Source of the DNA: Octopus sinensis
Lineage: Eukaryota
DNA: 29,336 nt
Direction of reading: 5' to 3'
Assembly (NCBI RefSeq): GCF_006345805.1
Contig: NW_021835586.1
Coordinates: 1 to 29,336, forward strand
Each line of letters begins with the position of its first letter. The stretch's first letter is position 1. The position numbers and the translations under genes are program-made. Below the pieces are notes generated by a model. It ran no database searches and had not been told where the DNA came from. It saw only the letters and a list, made by a program, of their open reading frames with translations. Shown piece after piece: positions 10,545-21,819 of the stretch.

Positions 10545-10681
10545 TATATATATACTTATATATATATGTATATATACTTATATATATATACACACCCACA
10601 CATATATATATATACATAATTTTATATATGTATAAATATATATGTGTGTGTATGTATGTATGTATTTATGTATATATATAT

Positions 10682-10712
<31 letters not shown>

Positions 10713-10885
10713 CGTACATTCATATAAATACAATCAGAAATATATTGAAGCATACGTACTTTTCTCACTCATTCAAACACGTCAATCATTCATAAGCACG
10801 AATTTATTCACACACACATACACATTTTACGCTCGTTCACACTCCTATATTTCATGACATTCACACACACACACACACACACCAC
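10441..10885. repeat. (AT)n/(CA)n microsatellite tract
   Basis: Direct inspection. Confidence 0.85.
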
Positions 10886-10951
10886 ACTTTTCAGACAAAT
10901 TCACCCGCATGCGCATGCAGACACACGCACACATTCATAAACACGCATCAC

Positions 10952-11984
10952 CTGGTAGAGTCAAAAAGTTTCTTCGGATTTCACTGATGATTTTTTTGCC
11001 AACATGTGTCTCTACTTCGTAGCATTAATTCGAGACAACTTGTCCAGTCATTATTGAGTTGTTTATTCCTTATTTTCATAAATAAAATAAAACCATTAAT
11101 TGTTTATTGCAAATTTTACAGCTTTGATAATGAGTGATGAAAAAACTGCAATTTAGAGCCATTTTGTTATATTACTAGTGACAAAAGGACAGAGGGTAAG
11201 AGCGCTGGGGAAAAAAATTAATGATGTGGAAAACCCGGAAACTGTTAACGAACGTTTAGTATAAAACTTGTTCAGACATTTCCAGGACGGTGACATCAAC
11301 TTCGAAGACAAACCAAGGTCAGTGAGACCTTTTGTTGTGGAAGATGAAGCCTTACTTGAATTAAAAACACGAGCGCTCGTACATTGTCGGCAGAACTTAA
11401 TCCTTCAGAAGGTACCATCAGTCGATACCTCCATAAGCCTGGCGTTGTGAACAGACGCTTTCGAGAATTTTCTCATGACCTGACCAATGACAATATTCAA
11501 CGACGTGGGAATATTTGGTAACAGCTGCTGCCAAATCCTCGCGGAGTCTGTTTCCGGCATAGAATCGTAACTGGAGATGAAAAAAGGATCAATTTTCGTA
11601 ACCCTAATAAGAGAAATCAGTGGCTTCGTTCCGGTCAGGCTTCAGAATACTTTATCAAAAACGGGCGGTTTGAACAGAGGCTCATGCGTGTTTGGTAGAA
11701 TTTGGAGAGACTGTTTAACTTTGAGCTTATCCCAGATAGCCATGCAATGAACGTTAAGTTTTATACTCAACTAGTACAACAAGTATATGATATTTCGAAA
11801 ACCTACAACCCGGCATTGGTCAATCGAAGGCGCACACTCCAGCAGTGCTCCTGGCTCTACAATGGTAGCAATCAATATAATATGATAGATGTATTTTAAT
11901 GAGTAAACGCTTGCAGATACATAGTTTCTTTGAACTATAAATATTAAAGCTTGAAATACGAAAAAACTATTGACTCAAGTTAAT
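10952..11984 (+). mobile_element. Mariner transposon fossil with both TIRs and an internally deleted transposase pseudogene
   Basis: Left GAGTCAAAAAGTTTCTTCGGATTTCA vs right reverse complement GAGTCAATAGTTTTTTCGTATTTCA. ATG 11130; LFRHFQDGDINFEDKPRSVRP; RIVTGDEK at 11561; PALVNRR. Multiple stops and frameshifts; C-terminal catalytic part missing. Confidence 0.9.
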
Positions 11985-12110
11985 GTAACACATAGCTAGA
12001 TTCTAGTCTTATTTGCACACACAGTAGTATATACACAACAGTATATGTTCATACATAGATCTCAGGCATATATTCATTAATACATGTTTCACACATATTC
12101 ATGCTTAAAT

Positions 12111-12380
12111 TAAGGCGGCGAGCTGGCAGAAACGTTAGCACGCCGGGCGAAATATTTAGCGGTATTTCGTCTGCCGCTACTTTGTGAGTTCAAATTCCAC
12201 CGAGATCGACTTTGCCTTTCATCCTTTCGGGGTCGATTAAATAAGTACCAGTTACGCACTGGGGTCGATATAATCGACTTAATCCGTGTGTCTGTCCTTG
12301 TTTGTCCTCTCTGTGTTTAGCCCCTTGTGGATAGTAAAGAAATAGGTATTTCGTCTGCCGTTACGTTCTGAGTTCAAGTT
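12111..12380 (+). mobile_element. SINE family A, full copy plus short internal restart
   Basis: Near-identical to the 9647 copy; restart junction at 12344/12345. Confidence 0.9.
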
Positions 12381-12440
12381 GAACTCAAGATCACATGGTT
12401 GGGGAGCAAGCACTTCACCCGCACATACACACCTCCGCGT
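12381..12440 (-). mobile_element. SINE family B head fragment
   Basis: CACATGGTTGGGGAGCAAGCACTTCACC.CAC..ACACCTCCGC resembles the reverse complement of the B head at 12755/20915. Confidence 0.55.
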
Positions 12441-12754
12441 ATTCACTGTTATATATATATATATATTCACTTAAGTATGTACAGTCACACACACACCATG
12501 CACACGCACACACAATTTCATATAGTCATAACTATCACATATATATTTGCAGACACACACACACACAAGCACACGGACACACACACACACACACTGTCAG
12601 ATATCACTTAAATATTTAATCAATTAAGTCGCCTCTGTCAACAAATGTTCTCAGATCGTTGAAGTACCGCCATACTTAATGTGTTTTATAACAAACGTGA
12701 CATCTAGCTAATAATCTTTCAGTAATGACATATTCTGAAGAATCTCTCCACATT

Positions 12755-13147
12755 GGCGCAGGCGCAGGCGTGGTTGTGTGGTAAGTAGCTTGCTTACCAA
12801 CCACATGGTTCCGGGTTCAGTCCCACTGCGTCACGCCTTGGGCAAGTGTCTTCTACTATAACCTCAGGACGACCAAAGCCTTGTGAGAGGATTTGATAGA
12901 CGGAAACTGAAAGAAGCCCGTCGTATATATGTGTGTGTGTGTATATGCTTGAGTGTCTGTGTTTGTCCCCCCTCACCTCGCTTGACAACCGATGGTGGTG
13001 TGTTTACGTCTCCGTAAAGTAGCGGTTCGGCATAGAGACCGATAGAATAAGTATTAGGCTTATAAAGAATAAGTTCTGGGGTCGAATTTTTTTTACTAAA
13101 GGCGGTGCTCCAGCATGGCCACGGTTAAATGACTGAAACAAATAAAG
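12755..13147 (+). mobile_element. Full-length tRNA-derived SINE family B
   Basis: GGCGCAGG.GTGG.TGTGTGGTAAG head, GGTTCAGTCCC B-box-like motif, CCTTGGGCAAGTG, internal GT microsatellite, tail GACTGAAACAAATAAA. Homologous to 20915. Confidence 0.9.
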
Positions 13148-13150
13148 GAA

Positions 13151-13290
13151 GCGTAAGTGTGGTTATGTGGTTCAGAAGCCTCCTTCCCAACCACACGGAT
13201 TTGGGTTCAGTCCCACTGCGTGGCAACTCGGTCTGATATATTCTACTATACCACTACAGTCCCAGGCCGAATAAAGCCATGTGATAGGAT
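13151..13290 (+). mobile_element. 3'-truncated SINE family B copy
   Basis: CCAACCACACGG...GGGTTCAGTCCCACTGCGTGGCA, directly tandem to the previous copy. Confidence 0.8.
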
Positions 13291-13297
13291 ATATTAG

Positions 13298-13438
13298 ATA
13301 ATGTTGATGATGATGATGATGATGATGATGATGACGACGACGATAATGTTGATGATGATGATGATGATGATGATGACGACGACGATAATGTTTGATGCTG
13401 GATTGATGATGATGATGACGACGACGACGACGATAATG

Positions 13439-13482
<44 letters not shown>

Positions 13483-14058
13483 GACGACGATAAGTTGATG
13501 ATGGATGATGATGATGATGATGATACGATGACGACGATAATGTTGATGATGATGAGATGATGATGATAATGATGAATGATGATGAATGATGATTATGATA
13601 ACGACAACGACGATAATTTGACTGATGATCGATGATGACGAACGACGACGACGATAATGTTGATGATGATGATGATGATGATGATATAACGGATACGACG
13701 ACGATATGTGATGATGATGATGATGACGACGATGACGACGACGATAATGTTGATGATGATGAATTATGATGATGATGATATGAGACGATGACGACGACGA
13801 TAATGTTGATATATGATGATGATGATGATGATAATGATGTGATGATGAGATGATGATAATGATGATGATACGATGACGACGACGATAATGTTTGATGATG
13901 ATGATTATGATGATGATTACTGACCGACGATAGTTGATATGATGATTATGATGATGAGGACGACGACGACAACGACGACGACATGATGTGATGATGATAG
14001 GATGAAATGATGATGATATGAAGACGATGATGATGAGACATTGAATGAGGACGACGAA
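13298..14058. repeat. Higher-order (GAT)n/(GAC)n minisatellite
   Basis: Recurrent unit GACGACGATAATGTTGATGATGAT..., decaying towards the 3' end. Confidence 0.85.
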
Positions 14059-14248
14059 GCGAACTTTTGCAATCGTTGTTCTGTGAAGGTAATTCGTTTT
14101 GTTTTGTTTTGTTTTCTTTTTTCTGATCAGAAGACAGATTTCAATTTAGGAAAATTGTTATCAAAGCTCTCTATCATTGAAATACAAACTCTTCAATAAA
14201 ACCTTCCTGTATATGACTGGATGTGTTTATCTGTTGTTTATCCGTTTG

Positions 14249-14249
<1 letters not shown>

Positions 14250-14285
<36 letters not shown>

Positions 14286-14935
14286 GGGAGAGAGAAATAG
14301 AAAAAGATGCAGAGAAATTTATATATACATGTGTGTATGTGTGTGCGTGTACGTGTATGTATATATATATATGTATGTATGTATGTATTATGTATGTATG
14401 TATGTATATGTATGTATTATGTATGCATGCATGCATGCATTTATGTATGTATGTATTATGTATGTTGTATGTATGTATTATAGTATATGTGGTGTATATA
14501 TATATGGGTGTGTATATATATATATATATGTGTGTATTTGTATGGTGTTTGTGTGGGTGAAAATAGAAAAGATGCAGAGAAATTTAATATATACATATGT
14601 GTGTACGTGTTTGCGTGTACGTGTATTATATATAATTGTATGTAGTGTGTATTATGTATGTATTATGTATGTATGTATGGATGTATGTATGTATATGTGC
14701 GTATATATATATGTGTGTGTATTTGTATGTGTGTGTTTTTGTGCGCGTGTGTGAAAGAGGGAGAGAGATATAGAAAAAGATGCAGAGAAATCTCATATAT
14801 ATTGTGGTATGTGTGTGTATATGTATATATGTATATATGTATGAGTGCGTTCGTACATATATGTGTGTGTGCGGGTGCGTATATATATTATATATATATA
14901 TATATGTATATATATAGATATATATATATATAATC

Positions 14936-14966
<31 letters not shown>

Positions 14967-14970
14967 TGTG
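14250..14970. repeat. Triplicated block built on GT/ATGT microsatellite
   Basis: ATAGAAAA(A)GATGCAGAGAAAT occurs at ~14296, ~14563 and ~14770. Confidence 0.75.
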
Positions 14971-15364
14971 TGTGGAGAGGTGGGAGGAGAGACTTGAAGT
15001 AATATGGTTTCCACTGATCGGCTAATAGCATTTTGAATACAAGTTCAATGAATTGTTTATAAAATACGTGTCTGTCAGTCTGTCTGTCTGTACGTCCGTC
15101 TTCTGTCTGTCCGTCCGTCCGTCTGTTTGTCCTGTCTGTCTGACTGTGATTGTGCGAAAGTACGTTGTGAGTTCCTGTGAGAAATAGAGAGAGGGGAGAG
15201 GTGGTGGAAATAAAGAAAAAGAGAAAGAAAGAAAGAGAGAAAGAAAGAAAGAAAGAAAGAAGGAAGGAAAAAAAAGAAAGAAGAAGAAAAAGAAGAGAGA
15301 ATCAAAGGAAGGAAGGAAGAAGCAAAAGAAAGAAGGAAAGAAAGAATGAACTGCAGTTGCAGCT

Positions 15365-16310
15365 GTAGTTGCAAAGGTGAAATCAATAGCAAAGCAAAAT
15401 GCGTTTGAACAAATTGGCTGACAGAGGGGAACAAAAAGCTCTGCATGGCAAATATGTGGCCCGTAGCAAACAAGCTGATGTAGACCAGAAGCACACCCAT
15501 AACTGGCTACGGAGCTCAGGGCTAAAGGCAGAAGGTGAAGGCTTTATCTTGGTTGCCCAAGATCGGAGCTTATTGATCCGGAACTATCAAGCCAATGTGA
15601 TAAAAATGGCGTAGACCCAAGTGCCGATATTGCAATGATGGGATTGAAAGAGTGGACCACCCTAATCTCTGGATGTAAGGTTTTAGCACCTGTAGAAGTA
15701 CAAACCAAGTCATGACAGGCTGGCCAATATCTACATTGGATAATGTGTCGGCATTATAGAATTCGAGAGTTGGCGGGACCGTTAGCACGCCGGGCGAAAT
15801 ACTTTAGCGTTATTGTCTTCTGCGGTTACGTTCTGAGTTCAGTTACGCACGGGGTCGATGTTAATCGACTTCCGGTTGTTGTCCTTGTTATAATCCTCTC
15901 GTGTTTAATCCCCTTGTGTTGTATTAAAGAAATAGGTATTTCTCTGCCCTGGTGTGCGCTTCTGAGTTCAAATCAAATTTGTCCGTCCTTGTTTGTCCCC
16001 TCTGTGTGTAGCCCCTTGTGGGTAGTAAAGAAATAAGAATTCAAAAATGCTGACAAATGGTACAAGCGCCACTCTGAGGCTGTAACGGGGGCAGAAATTG
16101 TAACTATTCTTTGGGACTTCCCAGTATGTGTAGACAGGACCATCAAAGCAAATAAATACGATATTTTTGTGAAAGACCGAAAGTATAAAGATTGTTTATT
16201 GATTGACATGAGCATGCCCTTTGACCATAATATCTCGGCATAAGAATTTGAGACAAGCTGAGAAAATATAAAGATTTGCTAATCGAAATCGAATAGAATG
16301 GTGGCAATCC
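15365..16310 (+). mobile_element. R4/Dong-clade LINE fragment (CCHC zinc knuckle plus restriction-like endonuclease), interrupted by a SINE
   Basis: KALHGKY...WLRSSGLKAEGEGFILVAQDRSL.IRNYQ; CRYC...VDHLISGC; YLHWIMCRHY; then KWYKRH..TILWDFPV.VDRTIKANKYDI.VKD..CLLID. Frameshifts and stops present. Confidence 0.9.
15765..16035 (+). mobile_element. SINE family A (deleted, dimer-like) inserted in the R4 LINE
   Basis: TSD AGAATTC at 15758-15764 and 16036-16042; internal restart junction at 15934/15935. Confidence 0.85.
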
Positions 16311-16329
16311 AACACGTTAGCACTACAAT

Positions 16330-16399
16330 ACTCAATATATATATATATATCTAAATATAGATATATATATATATATAAAATAATATCTATATATATATA

Positions 16400-16438
<39 letters not shown>

Positions 16439-16712
16439 TATTAGATATATATATTATATAGTTATATATATATATTTGTGTATTCATTAACTTAAACTGC
16501 CAACTATCACAGAAAGAAAGAATACATTTTTAAATCAATTTAAGAAACTTTAGTTTGTGAAAATATTTATATACAATACTTAACCGATTCACAAACATAT
16601 ACATACATACATACATACATACATACATACATACATACATACATACACACACATCACACACACACACACACAACATATATATATATATATATAGTATATA
16701 TACATATATACA
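16330..16712. repeat. (AT)n, (ATAC)n and (CA)n tracts
   Basis: Direct inspection. Confidence 0.85.
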
Positions 16713-17172
16713 CTTCTTTTTTTTGTCATTTCAAATCAAAACGTATATGGAGTGTTACTTTACAGATATTTCGTGTGGCAGTTCTTCAGTTGAAGATTTG
16801 TTAACAACGTGTTACGTTTTCATATTTTAAGCATTCATACATTCCAATTTTTATAATTCTTAAAATCTGAAAAAAAAACTTATCATGTTGTTAAGAAATC
16901 TTTAAGTGAAGAACTTCTATACAAAGCGCAATAAAACACCCGGTAGTCCTTTACGTTTTTCAGTAAGTGTATGTATAATTTTTTTGATAAAATAAATTTA
17001 TCTGAAATTGTATTTTCAACACTTTACTTCATATTTTTGCTCATGTGAAAAAAATATACTTTGCTGTATACATAAATACATACATGTTTTTTTTGTGTAC
17101 GTGTGCGCGCGTGTGCGTGTGTGGGTGTGTATGTGTGTGGCTATGCTCTGTTGTGGTGTATACGTATGTAGG

Positions 17173-17213
<41 letters not shown>

Positions 17214-17254
17214 CAAGAGAGAGAGTAAGGGGGTAATAGATAGAAGTAGTTGAA

Positions 17255-18286
17255 TAGATAGATAGATCTAGATAGATAGATAGATAGATAGATAGAAGAT
17301 AGACAGACAAGGCAGACGGACTGACAGCAGATAGATAGTTAATTGATAGATATATAATTAGTTAGATAGATAGATGATGATAGATAATAGATAGATAGAT
17401 AGATAGATAGATAGAACAGACAGACAGCCAGACAGACAGACAGACAGATCGATAGATAATAGATAGATAGATAGATATAGATAGATAGATAGATAGATCG
17501 ATAATAGATAGATAGATAATAGATGATGTTTTATTGGTCACACATGGGCAAGCACAGAGGAGACAATACAAATCGAGCTTTTTTCTTTTTCAAAATGGAA
17601 AAGCACAAAGTTAAAAATGGGAACAAATTTAAAATCCTGATCAAAAGATCGGAAAAAATATAAAATGAAAAATAATATACAATAACGATCAAAATGGATC
17701 GTGTATCACAGAATAAACTTTTAAAAGTAAGAACAAGATTGGGTTTATCCATGGAAAGAAAGCCTAACGGAAAAGAACCACGGTACCTCGGCAGGAGGAA
17801 TAAACACTGAAGCGTGCTCTCTCTCTCTCTTTTATACGATATAGATTAGGCTCAATGGTTTCGGTCGCTCGCCACGCACCATCTTTGCACACACCCACCT
17901 TTTTTGAGAACTTTTCGAGATAACCTGCCTCTCCATTCTCACCTTCCTTTTTCATAGTGGTACTTGAAAAAGTTTTAGGACGATTGGTCCCGAGAGGTCA
18001 GTGTTTGTCTCTAATCCCATCGTTCGAGTCCCGACACACATTATTTCATAGGCCAACCATTACGATGAAGACTGGCATGCCATCCTGGTCAGGGAAGGTG
18101 GCGAGCAATAGTACAATAGACTCGGCCGACAGGCGGACTCGTCTCACACGTGACAGCAGCCAAGATAGAAGATAGGTCGACAACAGACAGATAGATAGAT
18201 AGATAGATAGATATAGATAGATAGATAGATATGATAGATAGAACAGAATACAGACAGACAGACAGTTAGATATGATAAGATTAGAT

Positions 18287-18343
<57 letters not shown>

Positions 18344-18350
18344 GATAGAT
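17255..18350. repeat. (GATA)/(GACA)n tract split by a LINE
   Basis: GATA runs at 17255-17525 and ~18163-18350 flank the L1/Tx1 fragment. Confidence 0.85.
17529..18161 (-). mobile_element. L1/Tx1-clade LINE 3' end (ORF2 C-terminus plus 3'UTR)
   Basis: Minus strand LLSRVRRVRLSAESIV...TRTMGLETNTDLSG...FFKYH..RKVRMERQV...RWV with frameshifts. T-rich UTR ending AATAAA at ~17530. Confidence 0.65.
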
Positions 18351-18580
18351 CAACAAAAAATGACGAAGAGAAATAACTCAGAGTGGCAAGATGTATTTGA
18401 ACAACATAAACAAATACACAAATAGAGGTGTATCAAATACCATACAACATAAATTATTGCTTTACTAAAAGCATCTCCGCCGTTAAAGAATGCATAATGA
18501 TAAACCAAATAACAATGAAGACCAACTGCAAATTCAAAGTGCGGAAAATCAAAATTAACAAGCCAGGCTGGATATAAAAT

Positions 18581-18630
18581 GACAGTGGTGGGCACATGTT
18601 TCTGGCTCGAAAGCCGTCATCAGCGCAGTG
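18581..18630 (-). ncRNA. Decayed hammerhead ribozyme motif with UUCG-capped stem II
   Basis: Minus strand: GCG-CTGATGA-C-GGCT-TTCG-AGCC-A-GAAAC-ATGT-GCC-CACC. Cleavage triplet is non-canonical. Confidence 0.5.
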
Positions 18631-18904
18631 TATTTTTCGACATGCATGCATATTTGTGTTGGAGAGATTTATTTCTGAAGGCATTTTAGTAACGGTTATT
18701 TATGATATAAACAAACAACAGCAGGTGGTTTATGAGACACGTGGAACCGAATGACAAATTAAGCAGCTGGATGGAACCGAACCTTTGTCGCTTACAACAC
18801 CTTCGTAACTAATAATTTTTGGAAGTGTATTCGTCTTTTAGTGGTTATTTGATTACAATTCCATCAGGGGATATTTGATTTCGATTCCGCCCCCCACCCC
18901 CCAT

Positions 18905-19645
18905 CAGGAGTGGTGGTGGTGGTGGCGTCGGGTTGTTGGTTGTAGTTGTTTTGATGGTGCTGTTGGTAATGACGGTGTTGATGATGATGGTGATGGTGAT
19001 GGTGGTGGTGGCGGTGGTGGCAGTCTAGTGATTTTGGTTGTGGCTCTATTGGTAGTGGTGGCGGTGGCGGTGATGGCGGTTGTGGTGTTGATGACAGTGG
19101 TGGTGGTGGTGGTGGTGATGGTGCTGGCGGCGGCGATGACGAAGGTGACATCCGTGGCAGAATGGTAGTAGTGGTTCTGGTTCCAGCTATTTTGGTGTTG
19201 GTTGTGGTCGGCGTTGTCGTCGTGGCGATTGTGGTGGTGGTGGTGGTGGTGGTGGTGGTGGTGGTGGTGGTTGGTGGTGGTGGTGGTGGTGGTGGTGGTG
19301 GTGGTGGTGGTGGTGACGGAAGAGTTGGTGGCGGCGATGGTAGTGATGGTGGTTTTGATTGTGCATGTTCTGGTGTGCTGGTGGTGGCGGCGGCGGCGGT
19401 GGTGGTGGTAATCTTGGTGGTGATGATGGTTGTGGTGCTGCTGCTGGTGGCAGCGGTGGTGGTGGTGGTAGTGGTGGTCTGGTTGTGCTGGTGCTGGTGG
19501 TTTTTGGTGGTGGCGCTGGTTGTTGTTGTTGCTGTTGTGGTGGTGGTGGTGCTGGTGCTGGTGCTGGTGCTGGTGCTGGTGCTGGTGCTGGTGCTGGTGC
19601 TGCTGCTGGTGGTGGTGGTAGTGGTGGTGGTGGTGGCGGCGGTGA
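18905..19645. repeat. (GGT)n/(GCTGGT)n G-rich trinucleotide tract
   Basis: Direct inspection. Confidence 0.9.
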
Positions 19646-20356
19646 TAATAACAGTGACGCAGTTGTTAACAGTTCTTTTTTTTTTATATTAACTACGCCA
19701 GTTACGGCCGCCATTATTCATCCGTTGCGATGCTTGTAAAATTCCTTCCACCTCCAGTAATTACCCTCGTTCAATTTCTCCCGATTTATCTAGCTTTACG
19801 ATGTTGATTACAAGTTAGTGTCTGATGAATGATTTAATTGGTTGTTTCCAATTTAAACGACAGCTACGTCACCGCTTAATCCTTTTCACTTTTCATTTTA
19901 TATGGATCTCCATTTTCTTTTTTTTTTTTGTTTTGTAAATGTTCATAGACAAAGAGTGCAACATCAGAATATATTAAAATATATTAGCATATATTATCAT
20001 AAATTAGAATGTATTAGAATATATCTGGAATTATTTTGTCGTCCCCTTTCATGTAATGTTGCCTTTATTGGCGCACAATCTTGGAGTGAGTATAAAACAC
20101 ATGAGTAAGTGAACATGTTTGTATATGTATAAGTGCATTCCCATATACATATATATATACACACACAGACATACACACACACACACATACACGAGGACAC
20201 ACACACATATATATATATATGTGTGTATACACAATAATATATATATACATATATAGATAAGCGATGCCAAGTATAAAAGATAAGCATTTTTACATGCAAT
20301 TTACGAGCATGCGTGTGCCTTTGTATGCTTGTGCATCAATATGTATCTATGTCTGT

Positions 20357-20416
<60 letters not shown>

Positions 20417-20588
20417 TGGCTGTGCGTGTGCGTGTACAAATATATATATATGCACAATAATATATACACCTATATACAAGCGATGTAAAGTATAAGACGT
20501 AAACAGTCCATGCTTATAATTTACAAACATGTGTCTATATATGTTTGTGCATTAATGTGTATGTCTATATATAGCTTAATATGCTGTG

Positions 20589-20620
<32 letters not shown>

Positions 20621-20779
20621 ATGTGTGTGTAATGGATTGGTGATAATACAACTGTACGGAATGCAATTAAGTCAACGGGAAACGTAATTTTGCTAAAAGA
20701 AAATAAGAATCATAAGCCCAACAGATAGCAATACATATATGTACATATACCTACACATATATTTGTGTTGTGTTTATGC

Positions 20780-20887
<108 letters not shown>

Positions 20888-20914
20888 AAGCATATAGATA
20901 TAGTTATATATATA

Positions 20915-21313
20915 GGCGCAGGAGTGGCTGTGGGTAAGGCTTGCTAACCAACCACATGTTTCCGGGTTCAGTCCCACTGCGTGGCATCTTGGGCAAGTGT
21001 CTTCTTTCTGCTATAGCCCCTGGCTGACCAATGCATTGTGAGTGGATTTGTGAGTGGATTTATATATATGTATGATATATATAAGTGTGTGTGCATATGT
21101 TTTGTGTGTCTGTGTTTTGTCCCCTAGCATTGCTTGACAACAACCGATGCTGGTGTGTTTACGTCCCCGTCACTTAGCGGTTCGGCAAAGAAGACCGATA
21201 GAATAAGTACTGGGCTTACAAAGAATAAGTCCCGGGGTCGATTTGCTCGACTAAAGGCGGTGCTCCAGCATGGCCGCAGTCAAATGACTGAAACAAGGAA
21301 AAGAGTAAAAGAG
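20915..21313 (+). mobile_element. Full-length SINE family B
   Basis: Homologous to 12755-13147; flanked by (TA)n on both sides; tail AAAAGAGT repeats. Confidence 0.9.
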
Positions 21314-21336
21314 TATATATATATATATATATATAT

Positions 21337-21389
<53 letters not shown>

Positions 21390-21532
21390 AACAACGTGTT
21401 TTACATCTTTCAGCGTGAGATATACAGTAACAGTACAGAATAGTAAGACTTATTTGCTAACAAAATGTGGTGGTCCTATAAAGGATGATGTAATTTTTGT
21501 TTAAGCTCCAGGAAACCATTTTTGCCAGATGC

Positions 21533-21819
21533 CTATCGACACACAGTCTGTGTCCGTATAGTGTTTGCAAGGGAGTTCATCGCTCCAATCTCAGCCATGG
21601 TTTCTGGGTGTATGCCCGTCTTCAGTGTGAGACAATCACTGGCTGCTGATGAAAGCTGTCTCCACTCGCAAACGCTATATCTTCTTTAAGCGACACACAG
21701 TCTCACACAGAGGACGGGTATACACCCAGAAACCGTGGTCTGTGAGTATCATGTAAGGTTGCAGATGTGAGAGATGACCTCCCTTGCAAACACTATACGA
21801 ACACAGACTGTGTCGATAG
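21533..21819. mobile_element. Foldback/MITE-like element with ~100-120-bp inverted arms
   Basis: 21533-21633 is a close reverse complement of 21700-21819 (one indel block); 66-nt spacer. Confidence 0.75.

Noticed and set aside
16755-16795. Minus-strand CTGAAGA...GAAA hammerhead-like spacing
   Set aside because: No stem I or stem II pairing.
18864-19739. Pro-, Gly- or Val-rich ORFs as an extensin-like or glycine-rich gene
   Set aside because: Open in most frames because of the GGT repeat; no splice or domain evidence.
21645-21680. CTGATGA...GCAAAC in the foldback loop as a hammerhead
   Set aside because: GAAA box is broken and there is no stem II.
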